64,000 bases of DNA from an uncultured Altererythrobacter sp. Its GTDB lineage: Bacteria > Pseudomonadota > Alphaproteobacteria > Sphingomonadales > Sphingomonadaceae. Shown one piece after another: positions 1-8,459 of this stretch (the first letter of the stretch is position 1; each line of letters starts with the position of its first letter). The stretch lies in the NCBI GenBank assembly GCA_913056125.1, contig CAJXNC010000012.1:18861-82860 (forward strand), in the 5' to 3' direction. The position numbers and the translations under genes were made by a program. Below the pieces are notes generated by a model. It did no database searches. It was not told where the DNA came from and was given only the letters and a program-made list of their open reading frames with translations.

Positions 1-1858
1 TCGAACTCAGCTCCTCCATCCCGTCCATCTCGGCAAGGATAGTGTTGACCACGCGCGCCGTAACCTGCGGCTCGTTCCCGCCCGTGCCGCGTGCCGGAAC
101 AAGTGAATCGATCTCGTCGATGAAGATCACGCAGGGCGCGACCGAACGCGCACGAGCGAACATCCTGGCGATCTGCTGCTCGCTCTCGCCATACCATTTG
201 CTCAGCAGGTCGGAGCTCTTCATCGAGATGAAATTGGCTTCGGCTTCCTTGGCCACGGCCTTGGCGAGCAGGGTCTTGCCGGTGCCGGGAGGGCCGTAGA
301 GCAGGAAGCCCTTGGCCGGGCGGATGCCCAGCCGTTCGAAGGCCTGCGGGTTCTTGAGCGGCAGTTCCACCCCTTCGCGCAGACGATCCTCCGCCTCGTC
401 CACACCACCGATGTCGTCCCAGCCCACGGTCGGGGCCTGAACCATGACTTCGCGCATGGCGGAAGGCTGGACGCGCTTCAAAGCTTCCCGGAAATCCTGC
501 TTCTCGACGCAGAGCTCCTCGAGCACTTCGGCCGGAATCTCGCGTGCCTCGAGGTCGATCCTGGGCATGATCCGCCGCACCGCCTCGATTGCCGCCTCGC
601 GCGCCAAAGCGGCAAGGTCGGCGCCAACAAAGCCATGCGTCGAACGGGCGAATTCCTTCAGGTCCACCCCTTCGCCCAGAGGCATGCCGCGCGTATGGAT
701 AGCGAGGATCTCGCGACGGCCATTCTCGTCCGGTACGCCGATCACAATCTCGCGGTCGAAGCGGCCCGGACGGCGCAGGGCCTCGTCTATGGCATCAGGC
801 CTGTTGGTCGCCGCGATGACAACGATATTGGACTTGGTGAGGCCGTCCATCAGCGTCAGCAACTGGGCGACCAGCCGCTTCTCCGCTTCGCCCGAGACGC
901 GCTCGCGCTTGGGAGCGATGGAATCGATCTCGTCGATGAAGACGATGGCGGGCGCCGTGCGCTCGGCCTCCTCGAACACCTCGCGCAGCCGCTTCTCGCT
1001 CTCGCCATAGGCGCTGCCCATGATTTCGGGGCCGTTGATCGTGTAGAACTCGGCATCGCTTTCATTGGCGACGGCCTGCGCCAGCCGCGTCTTGCCGGTG
1101 CCGGGCGGACCGTGCAGCAGCACGCCCTTGGGCGGATCGACACCAAGTCGGGTGAACAATTCGGGATAGCGCAGCGGCAGCTCGACCATTTCGCGCAGCG
1201 CCTTGATCGTCTCGTCCATGCCACCGACATCGTCATAATTGACCATGCCGCGGCCATCGCGCGGTTCCTCGAACTCGGCGCGCAGTTCGACAACCGTATC
1301 CTCGTCGATACGGACAATGCCCTTGGGCACGGTCGAGATCACCTGCAGGCGAATCTGGGTGAGTGCATAGGCAGGCGCATTGAACATGCGGCGCACTTCG
1401 GGCGGCATGTTCTGCACCGGCTGCTGGCCATGCGTGGCGACAAGGTCGCCTGCGGAAAGCGGATGGCCGAAAAAGACCTTTTTCAGCGCCTCGGTCGGGC
1501 CCTGAAGCCGCATTTCGCGGCGCGCAGGTGCAAAGACGACGCGCGTAGCGAGTTTGGGTTCGGCACGGCGCACGACGACATGCTCACCCGACGATGTCTC
1601 GGCATTGCCGCGCTGCAAGCCATCGAGACGGATCACTTCAAGTGTCTCGTCTTCCTCATAGGCGGGCATGGCAATAGCAGCCGTGACGCGCTTGCCTTCG
1701 ATCTCGACGGGGTCGCCTTCGGTAATGCCAAGCGCCTGGAAAGCGGAGCGCGGCATACGCGCGACACCTCGTCCGGATTCTTCCTGCCGGGCGGCGGCAA
1801 CCTGCAGCCTGACCGTGCCTGCCTTGACCTCTTCGACTGCGGCGTCTGCGTCTGCCAT
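1..1858 (-). CDS. CDC48/VCP/VAT-like AAA+ ATPase (N-domain plus two AAA modules); 3' end lies beyond the left edge
   Basis: Absent from the ORF track because no stop lies in the window. Hand translation of the minus strand from the ATG (complement of 1856-1858) reads [20 protein letters not shown]...[14 protein letters not shown]. It then shows two GPPGTGKT Walker A motifs, two FIDEIDS Walker B motifs, and YDDVGG / WDDIGG module starts typical of CDC48/p97/VAT. Confidence 0.85.
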   Translation of the reverse strand, partial: MADADAAVEEVKAGTVRLQVAAARQEESGRGVARMPRSAFQALGITEGDPVEIEGKRVTAAIAMPAYEEDETLEVIRLDGLQRGNAETSSGEHVVVRRAEPKLATRVVFAPARREMRLQGPTEALKKVFFGHPLSAGDLVATHGQQPVQNMPPEVRRMFNAPAYALTQIRLQVISTVPKGIVRIDEDTVVELRAEFEEPRDGRGMVNYDDVGGMDETIKALREMVELPLRYPELFTRLGVDPPKGVLLHGPPGTGKTRLAQAVANESDAEFYTINGPEIMGSAYGESEKRLREVFEEAERTAPAIVFIDEIDSIAPKRERVSGEAEKRLVAQLLTLMDGLTKSNIVVIAATNRPDAIDEALRRPGRFDREIVIGVPDENGRREILAIHTRGMPLGEGVDLKEFARSTHGFVGADLAALAREAAIEAVRRIMPRIDLEAREIPAEVLEELCVEKQDFREALKRVQPSAMREVMVQAPTVGWDDIGGVDEAEDRLREGVELPLKNPQAFERLGIRPAKGFLLYGPPGTGKTLLAKAVAKEAEANFISMKSSDLLSKWYGESEQQIARMFARARSVAPCVIFIDEIDSLVPARGTGGNEPQVTARVVNTILAEMDGMEELSS

Positions 1859-1987
1859 GAAACCTGCCTCTCCTTGCGCGTTTGCGTCCTCACCAGAGCT
1901 AGGTAGCTCGGAAGTGGATTGCAAACAGGAGGAGCAAGATTAGGCCGCCTGGATGAACGCGCGATGGAGCATCCGCGAGCCAGGCAG

Positions 1988-2017
1988 AAAAAAGGCCCGG
2001 TTGTCGCCAACCGGGCC
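1988..2017 (-). terminator. Rho-independent terminator oriented for the minus strand (orphan: no annotated gene ends here)
   Basis: Perfect 9-bp stem GGCCCGGTT / AACCGGGCC (1994-2002 / 2009-2017) with a 6-nt loop. On the minus strand it is followed by a run of six U (plus-strand A run 1988-1993). Confidence 0.6.
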
Positions 2018-2119
2018 TGGGAAGTTTTGGGAGAGGATGCCTGAAAGGCAGGTTCGATATGCTCGCAGGCCCGTTCTTTCGCAAGTGCGAAATGCGCAAC
2101 TGGTGTTGCAAAATATGCA

Positions 2120-2131
2120 ATTAATATTAAT
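2120..2131. promoter_or_regulatory. Perfect 12-bp palindrome ATTAATATTAAT in the AT-rich divergent intergenic region between the AAA ATPase and scoA
   Basis: Read directly; the sequence equals its own reverse complement and sits in the only AT-rich stretch of this region. Its function as an operator is not demonstrated. Confidence 0.3.
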
Positions 2132-2309
2132 ACTCTGATATATCGAACTAATTTCTACCTCATTCCGGTGTTGTTTGCAGATCGCTATTTACACTTGATT
2201 CAGCAGTTCGGCCTGTTGCGGTGCAAAAAAGTGCGTTGCAGCGGGGTGACATCTCCTTGCGCAAGACGTATTCCTGCAAGTCGCTCAACGAGCAGGAGAA
2301 GCCGGTCCT

Positions 2310-3017
2310 ATGCAGAAACTCTATCCCGATGCAACTGCCGCTCTCGAAGGCCTGTTGCATGATGGAATGCTGATTGCCTCGGGCGGCTTCGGACTTTGCG
2401 GTATCCCGGAAAGACTGCTCGACGCGATCCAGGCGAGCGGCGTGAAGGACCTGACCTTCGCCAGCAACAATGCCGGAATCGACAATGAAGGCATCGGCAA
2501 ACTTCTTCGCACCAAGCAGGTCAAGAAGATGATCTCCTCCTATGTCGGGGAAAACAAGGAATTCGAGCGGCAATATCTCGCCGGCGAGCTGGAAGTGGAG
2601 TTCTGTCCGCAAGGGACGCTGGCGGAGCGCATGCGCGCCGGCGGCGCGGGCATTCCCGGCTTCTACACCAAGACCGGCGTCGGCACCCAGGTGGCCGAAG
2701 GCAAGGAAGTGAAGAGCTTCGACGGGGAAGACTATATTCTCGAGCGCGGGATCTTTGCCGACTTGTCCATCGTCAAGGCGTGGAAGGCGGACGAGACGGG
2801 CAACCTCGTCTTCCGCAAGACCGCGCGCAATTTCAACCTTCCCGCTGCCACTTGCGGCAAGGCCTGCGTGGTCGAAGTCGAAGAAGTCGTCCCTGCCGGA
2901 AGTCTCGATCCCGACTGCATTCACTTGCCCGGCGTCTATGTCCAGCGCATGGTGGTGGGTGCCCCCTATAACAAGAAAATAGAGTTTACGACGACGCGGG
3001 AGAGGGAGAGCGCATAA
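2310..3017 (+). CDS. scoA: Succinyl-CoA:3-ketoacid CoA-transferase subunit A
   Basis: 235-aa ORF. MQKLYPDATAALEGLLHDGMLIASGGFGLCGIPE...ASNNAG...EFCPQGTLAERMRAGGAGIPGFYT matches 3-oxoacid CoA-transferase A subunits. AGGAGAAG Shine-Dalgarno lies upstream. Confidence 0.93.
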   Translation: MQKLYPDATAALEGLLHDGMLIASGGFGLCGIPERLLDAIQASGVKDLTFASNNAGIDNEGIGKLLRTKQVKKMISSYVGENKEFERQYLAGELEVEFCPQGTLAERMRAGGAGIPGFYTKTGVGTQVAEGKEVKSFDGEDYILERGIFADLSIVKAWKADETGNLVFRKTARNFNLPAATCGKACVVEVEEVVPAGSLDPDCIHLPGVYVQRMVVGAPYNKKIEFTTTRERESA

Positions 3018-4726
3018 TGCGCCAAGGAAACATGCGGCTCAAATTGGCCGCCGCCCTGCTGGCAGCCACGGCGCTGCAGGGGTGCCAGTCCGTCAACGTA
3101 TTGGCGGCGATCGACGGACCCTATGTCAGTCCGTCCGAACGAGAAGCCATTGCGATGGACGCCCAGGTGGCGCCAGCGGCCACGGCGCAGCCGGTTGCGG
3201 AATACACTGTCGATCCGGCACCGGTCGCGGCCGAGCCTGCAGCAATGGCGGACGCTCCTCAGGAGGAGATGCCGCAGCTGGCCATGCCCGAGCCTGTTGC
3301 CGAGGAGCCGCCTGCAGCGGCGATCGAGATCGAGGCGGAGGAAAATGAAAGCCGTTTCGTCGGTCCGATCCTGCCGCCCGAGGAAATGGCGCAACTTGCC
3401 CGTTCGGACGATGCCGATCCCGCCGAGGATGACGAGCCGATTGCCCTGATCGACCCCAATCTCGATAGCGATATACCGGCACTGGCCACCCCCACCTTGC
3501 CCGAAGACGAGGCCGAGGAGGTGGCGTTCGTCCCCGAAACCATCGAAGAGGAACGGGAAACGGTCGAGCAAGCATTCGCACCCGTGCAGGCGCTCCTGCC
3601 CGCCGAGGCCACGCCCGATGAAGCACCCGCCACGGAAGAACTCGCACTGGCAGTGCCGGTGGAAGAGCCTGAGGCAGAGGAGCTTGCGCTCGCCCTGCCC
3701 GCAGAAGAAGCAGAGGCGCCTGCAATCGGTTCCGATTTCCTTCCGCCCGAACCTGTCGCCGCAGAACCGGCAAGGCCCGCCCTCGCCGCGGTCGATGTGG
3801 CAGAGGGGCCGGCCATAGTCGGCCCGATGGACGTAGAGGACGAACCCGTAGCGCTGCGCACGCGACTGCCTTCGGCCTTCGATGTCCCGGAAGAAGAGGA
3901 ACCGGCCGAGCAGGCCGAGGAGAGAGTCGAGCTCGCACAACTCGGCCCAAGGCCTTCTGCATCGTCATCGTCGGCCATTGCCGTCCCCAATTCTGTCCTG
4001 CAGGAATTCCCTGCCGGGGCGCCAGATGCGGCCGAGGCCGAACTCACATTGCCCGAGGTGGAAGCGGACGAAGCTCCCGCCGCTGCAGCAACCGATGAGG
4101 CATCGCGTGTGGCTGCGGTCACACCGCTGGCGCGCCAGGGCGGATCGGAACTGACCGTTCTCGGCGCGACGGGCAGCGCGACATATTCGCCGTTCTTCAA
4201 CCACGCCATGGCACGACTCAATGCCGCCTCCGGTTCGGGCAACCGCAGCTCCATGCTGCTGGCCGATCCGCCCAGCCTGCGGCCCGACCTCAAGCCCTGC
4301 GGGAACCTGCCGCCGGCCGTGCTGATCGATCTCGATCCGGCGGGCGGCCTGCTGCCGCTGGCGGGCGACAACCGCCCGATCCCCTCGCTCGCCGGCTATT
4401 TGCAGCGATTGCGCGAAGCGGGCGTGACGGTGAACTGGATCAGCGGCCACGGCCCCGAAGGCGCCAGCGCCATCCGTACAATCCTGCGCGAAACGGGGCT
4501 CGATCCGCTCGGTTTCGACCCGCTGATCGTCAGCCGTTTCGCCGGCGAAAGCAAGCAGGAGCGGCGCATGGAATTGGGCGAGAGCTACTGCCTGCTCGCC
4601 ATTGCCGGGGATCGACGCGCCGATTTCGACGAGCTTTACGATTTTGTCCGCGATCCCGTCATGGCCGCACCGCTCGAAAGGCTGGTGGGCGATGGCTGGT
4701 TCCTGGCCCCTCCACCGATAGACTGA
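3017..4726 (+). CDS. Lipoprotein with a long acidic Pro/Glu/Ala-rich disordered region and a C-terminal class C acid phosphatase / HAD-IIIB-like domain (degenerate motif I)
   Basis: Lipobox LQGC after [19 protein letters not shown]. Residues ~40-390 are low complexity ([29 protein letters not shown]). The C-terminus aligns by eye to e(P4)-type phosphatases: [10 protein letters not shown] (DxDxT becomes DLDPA), [24 protein letters not shown]. The start ATG overlaps the scoA stop (ATAATG). Confidence 0.7.
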   Translation: MRQGNMRLKLAAALLAATALQGCQSVNVLAAIDGPYVSPSEREAIAMDAQVAPAATAQPVAEYTVDPAPVAAEPAAMADAPQEEMPQLAMPEPVAEEPPAAAIEIEAEENESRFVGPILPPEEMAQLARSDDADPAEDDEPIALIDPNLDSDIPALATPTLPEDEAEEVAFVPETIEEERETVEQAFAPVQALLPAEATPDEAPATEELALAVPVEEPEAEELALALPAEEAEAPAIGSDFLPPEPVAAEPARPALAAVDVAEGPAIVGPMDVEDEPVALRTRLPSAFDVPEEEEPAEQAEERVELAQLGPRPSASSSSAIAVPNSVLQEFPAGAPDAAEAELTLPEVEADEAPAAAATDEASRVAAVTPLARQGGSELTVLGATGSATYSPFFNHAMARLNAASGSGNRSSMLLADPPSLRPDLKPCGNLPPAVLIDLDPAGGLLPLAGDNRPIPSLAGYLQRLREAGVTVNWISGHGPEGASAIRTILRETGLDPLGFDPLIVSRFAGESKQERRMELGESYCLLAIAGDRRADFDELYDFVRDPVMAAPLERLVGDGWFLAPPPID

Positions 4727-4737
4727 AGGACACGCCC

Positions 4738-5373
4738 ATGCCTTGGACCCGTGATGAAATGGCCGCCCGCGCAGCAAAGGAATTGCAGGACGGCTTCTAC
4801 GTCAACCTCGGCATTGGCATCCCGACCCTCGTCGCCAATCACATCCCCGAAGGGATGCAGGTCACGCTGCAGAGCGAGAACGGCATGCTCGGGATCGGCC
4901 CCTTCCCCTATCCGGACGAGGTCGATGCCGACCTGATCAATGCCGGCAAGCAGACGATCAGCGAGCTGGCCCATTCGGCCTATTTCGACAGCGCGGCCAG
5001 CTTCGCCATGATCCGCGGCGGGCATATCGACCTGACCGTGCTCGGCGCGATGGAAGTGTCCGAGGACGGCGACATCGCCAACTGGATGATCCCGGGCAAG
5101 ATGGTCAAAGGCATGGGCGGGGCGATGGACCTCGTCGCCGGGGTCAAGAAGATCATCGTGGTGATGGAGCATGTCTCCAAGCACGGCGATCCCAAGTTCA
5201 TCCCCGAATGCACCCTGCCGCTGACGGGCAAGAACGTGGTCGACATGATCATTACCGACCTTGCCGTGTTCCAGCGGCCCAATCACGGCCTGCCCTTCCA
5301 TCTGGTCGAACTCGCCCCCGGCGTGACGGCAGAGGAGGTCGCGGAGAAGACCACCGCACATTATGTGAGCTGA
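4738..5373 (+). CDS. scoB: Succinyl-CoA:3-ketoacid CoA-transferase subunit B
   Basis: 211-aa [17 protein letters not shown]...SENGMLG...[12 protein letters not shown] is the signature of 3-oxoacid CoA-transferase B subunits. Confidence 0.93.
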   Translation: MPWTRDEMAARAAKELQDGFYVNLGIGIPTLVANHIPEGMQVTLQSENGMLGIGPFPYPDEVDADLINAGKQTISELAHSAYFDSAASFAMIRGGHIDLTVLGAMEVSEDGDIANWMIPGKMVKGMGGAMDLVAGVKKIIVVMEHVSKHGDPKFIPECTLPLTGKNVVDMIITDLAVFQRPNHGLPFHLVELAPGVTAEEVAEKTTAHYVS

Positions 5374-5410
5374 AAGGCGTCCACTAACGACGATTTGCGG
5401 ACATTGAGCC
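5326..5410 (+). repeat. Copy A of an imperfect ~85-bp direct repeat (functional scoB 3' end plus downstream sequence)
   Basis: Aligns by eye with 8251-8335. The last 16 codons ...[15 protein letters not shown] compare with ASEVVAEKTIAHYVS* (about 77% nucleotide identity over 48 nt). Similarity continues past the stop codon (GTCCACTAACGAC..TTGCGGAC versus GTCCGCTAACGAC..TTGCGGAC). Confidence 0.8.
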
Positions 5411-5564
5411 GAAAGGGCCGGATTCGCGGCGAATAATACAAACCGATACAAATTCGGCATGGTTTCGCCGTACGGATTGCTTGGCAAGCAATCTCATTAG
5501 CTGCATGATTGTTCCCAAACAAAGCATAACCGGGACTCATTGTCCGGAGAGGGAAAATCTAGTC

Positions 5565-8228
5565 ATGCGTAAACAGTCTCGTCTGCTTCTTGCTTCTTCA
5601 CTTCTGCCTGCCTCGCTGCTTCTGGGTGCTGGCGGTGTCCATGCACAGGACCATGCCGGAATGGACATGCCGGCTGACGAGGCTGCGTCAGCGATGCGCA
5701 CGCTGCGCTGGTCCGATGCATCGTCCTGGCCCGATGGCCGCGTGCCCGCTGCCGGCGCCGAAGTGACGATTCCCCGCGATGTCGAAATGGTTCTGGACGT
5801 CAGCCCGCCGGAACTGCGGAGCATCACCGTTCAGGGCAAGCTGACCTTCGCGGACGAGAGCGACCTGTCGCTGACCACCGAGTGGATCTATGTCCCCGGC
5901 GGTGAAGTGGAGATCGGCACCGCGGCCTCTCCCTTCCAGCACAATGCCACGATCACACTGACCGACAATGTGACGGGCGAAGACATCAACACCATGGGCG
6001 ATCGCGGCATCATGTTGCTGCGCGGCTCGCTCAGCATGCATGGCTCCACCAATCACACCTGGAGCAAGCTGTCCGCCACGGCAGAGGCCGGCGCAACCAG
6101 CATTGATGTACTTGATGCCTGGGGCTGGAACGTGGGGGACGAAATCGTCCTTGCCTCCACCGACTTCAATCCGCGTCAGGCCGAGCGTCGCACCATCACC
6201 GAGATTGATGGCAACACGGTCTCCTTTGCCGAGCCGCTGGAATACATGCATTTCGGCGAGGTCACCTTCGGGGTGGATCAGCGTGGCGAAGTCGCGAACC
6301 TGACCCGCAACATCAAGGTGCAGGCTTCCGAGGATGCCGCGGAAACCTATTTCGGCGGTCACATCATGGCGATGAGCGGATCCGAGCTCTATGTCGACAG
6401 CGTGGAATTCAACCGCATGGGCCAGCATCTGACGCTGGCACGCTATCCCATTCACTTCCACGTGCTGGGTGAAGGTCAGGGCATGTATGTCCGCAACAAT
6501 GCCATCCATGACACGTTCAATCGCTGCGTGACGGTGCATGGCACCAACAACCTTCTGGTCGAGAACAACGTCACCTACAATACTGTGGGTCACTGCTTCT
6601 TCCTTGAGGACGGGATCGAGCAGGGCAACCGCTTCGAGCGGAACGTGGCCATCCAGACCAAGTGCCATCCGACGCTCGATTGCGTGCCGATGAACATCGG
6701 GCCCAATGGCGAGGCCCTGGAGTTCGAAAATCGCGCGGCGCACATCCAGGCCACCTTCGAAAGCGAAAACGTCCTGCTGCCTTCGGACAATACGGTGGCG
6801 AGCTTCTGGATCACCAATCCGAACAACTACTTCGTCGACAATGTGGCCGCCGGTTCCGATCAGGCCGGTTTCTGGCTGTCTTTGCCCGAGCATCCCAATG
6901 GTGCCTTCCTTGGCACCGAAGAGAGCGCCAACACCTGGCCGCGCCGGACACTACTGGGCGAGTTCCGGGGTAACACCGCGCACTCGAACTACGACGGCTA
7001 CATGTTCGATCGCAACATTGCCGAAAACAACACTTTTGCGTTGGCCGGCGCCACCTACCTCCCGCTGGTCGATCCTTTCGACCCGATGAGCGAAGCGCTG
7101 GTAACGCACATCGAGGACCTGACCGCCTACAAGAACCGCAACCAGGGTTTCTGGGGCCGCGGTGAGCTTCTCGTCCTCGACAATTTCAGGTTTGCCGACA
7201 ATGCCATCGGCGTGACGCAATCCTCGGGGTCTTTCGGCACAGAGAAGTTCACCTCAATCGTGACCAATTCACTGTTCGTGGGCGAATCCGACAATATCGG
7301 CAATCCGACGACGGCGGAGGAAGTCGCCTATGGCCGCAGCCTGCCCAAGCCCATGATCCCGGACTATCCCATTCGTGCTTACGAATATTACGATTACCGC
7401 AATGAGGTGGAGGACACGACCTTCGTCAACTACGCGGACAATGATCTGCGCAAGACGGGTGCCCTGTCGTGGCTGATGTTCAACAGCTCGGGCGTTACCA
7501 CCGCAAGCACGATCAGAAGCGCGACATATATCAACGCCAAACCGGTCTATTTCCCGGACTACGATACAAGGTTCGACAACGACAACCGCGGCGGCGGCTC
7601 GTACCGAACCCTGTCGATCCTCGATCTTGACGGCACGACAACGGGCATCCCCAATTCCCACATTCTCCTCCATGACGGGGTGAGCAACTCCGTCGCCACC
7701 GATGAAAGCTGCACGATCCACCCCGACTGGAACGCCTCTGTCTGCGCTGGCGATGTCGGGCGCTTGAACTTTTCGCCGCCTCGCCAGGGCTTTGCATTCG
7801 GGCGTCCCGGTGCGCCGCGCCCCGAAGGCGTTACGTTCAACTTTGGCAATCTCGGCCCGCCGTCCGCGCCCCCTGCGCCCATCTTCCTGCGTCGCGGAGA
7901 CATCGAATTCGGAAATGGCAATGGAGCCACCGTGCGCGCCGGCACCGAAGTGCAGGTGATTACCGAAAGGGAAGAAGTCCCTCTCAGCATTAGCGAAATG
8001 GACCAGGGTTCGTGGATCATCTTCGAACTGCCGGGCTTTGCTACTGCGGACTCCGGAACGGAACTGAACAGCCTCGATGCACTGCGCGCAGCGAATGAGA
8101 CGTCCTGGTTCAGCGAAGGTGATAGCCTCTGGGTCAAACTCTATGTGGCCGATCCTCCGGAAATGCCCATTCGTCCCTTGAACATGCAGGCGGGCATTAT
8201 CGCCAGCAGAGAAGGGCGCGGCGGCTAA
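5565..8228 (+). CDS. Secreted G8-domain / right-handed beta-helix protein, CEMIP (KIAA1199)/TMEM2-like
   Basis: ORF frame 5481..8228, with the start moved to ATG 5565 (MRKQSRLLLASSLLPASLLLGAGGVHAQ signal peptide, GGAGAGGG upstream). G8 motif: LRWSDASSWPDGRVPAAGAEVTIPRDVEMVLDVSPPELRSITVQGKLTF. The core ARYPIHFHVLGEG...IHDTFNRCVTVHGTNNLLVENNVTYNTVGHCFFLEDG closely resembles the CEMIP/TMEM2 catalytic region. Confidence 0.8.
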   Translation: MRKQSRLLLASSLLPASLLLGAGGVHAQDHAGMDMPADEAASAMRTLRWSDASSWPDGRVPAAGAEVTIPRDVEMVLDVSPPELRSITVQGKLTFADESDLSLTTEWIYVPGGEVEIGTAASPFQHNATITLTDNVTGEDINTMGDRGIMLLRGSLSMHGSTNHTWSKLSATAEAGATSIDVLDAWGWNVGDEIVLASTDFNPRQAERRTITEIDGNTVSFAEPLEYMHFGEVTFGVDQRGEVANLTRNIKVQASEDAAETYFGGHIMAMSGSELYVDSVEFNRMGQHLTLARYPIHFHVLGEGQGMYVRNNAIHDTFNRCVTVHGTNNLLVENNVTYNTVGHCFFLEDGIEQGNRFERNVAIQTKCHPTLDCVPMNIGPNGEALEFENRAAHIQATFESENVLLPSDNTVASFWITNPNNYFVDNVAAGSDQAGFWLSLPEHPNGAFLGTEESANTWPRRTLLGEFRGNTAHSNYDGYMFDRNIAENNTFALAGATYLPLVDPFDPMSEALVTHIEDLTAYKNRNQGFWGRGELLVLDNFRFADNAIGVTQSSGSFGTEKFTSIVTNSLFVGESDNIGNPTTAEEVAYGRSLPKPMIPDYPIRAYEYYDYRNEVEDTTFVNYADNDLRKTGALSWLMFNSSGVTTASTIRSATYINAKPVYFPDYDTRFDNDNRGGGSYRTLSILDLDGTTTGIPNSHILLHDGVSNSVATDESCTIHPDWNASVCAGDVGRLNFSPPRQGFAFGRPGAPRPEGVTFNFGNLGPPSAPPAPIFLRRGDIEFGNGNGATVRAGTEVQVITEREEVPLSISEMDQGSWIIFELPGFATADSGTELNSLDALRAANETSWFSEGDSLWVKLYVADPPEMPIRPLNMQAGIIASREGRGG

Positions 8229-8236
8229 TGCACAAA

Positions 8237-8260
8237 CCTCCGACGCTACGGCGTCGGAGG
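8237..8260 (+). terminator. Stem-loop immediately after the G8 gene stop
   Basis: Perfect 10-bp stem CCTCCGACGC / GCGTCGGAGG with loop TACG. No clear U-tract follows, so terminator function is uncertain. Confidence 0.4.
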
Positions 8261-8335
8261 TAGTCGCCGAAAAGACCATTGCGCATTATGTGAGCTAAGT
8301 GGAACGTCCGCTAACGACCCAATTGCGGACTGTTG
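8251..8335 (+). pseudogene. Displaced, decaying copy of the scoB 3' end (copy B of the direct repeat)
   Basis: 8251-8298 reads ASEVVAEKTIAHYVS* with no upstream coding context. The downstream ~37 bp also parallel the sequence following the intact scoB. Confidence 0.75.
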
Positions 8336-8459
8336 ACTTCTTCGCGATAGAAAGCGCCGCTATTCGGATCGCTGTTTCTCCGCTCAGTGGTCATTGACTT
8401 GTGTATTTTGAGCTGCGAGCAATCGCGGCCAGCCTTTTACCTTACGTAGACAAATCCAA

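Noticed and set aside
635-1906. Long plus-strand ORF (423 aa), plus similar long ORFs antisense to real genes: 12973-15024 (+), 37402-38919 (+), 58648-59691 (-), 9437-10159 (-), 3126-3968/3259-4371 (-), 40586-42001 (-)
   Set aside because: These are shadow ORFs typical of high-GC DNA. Their translations are Arg/Ala/Gly/Pro-rich with no recognisable motifs. The opposite strand encodes clearly identifiable proteins (AAA ATPase, metK/DUF418, maeB, terminase, GbsR regulator, mutS).
5481-5564. N-terminal extensions offered by the ORF track for several genes (5481, 10358, 11220, 22496, 22266, 25196, 26594, 30006, 45577, 46759, 51830, 52254, 54184, 57320, 57628)
   Set aside because: The track takes the most upstream ATG/GTG/TTG. 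In each case an internal start is preceded by a Shine-Dalgarno-like sequence. That start also coincides with the family N-terminus or signal peptide and removes implausible overlaps, so I used the internal start.
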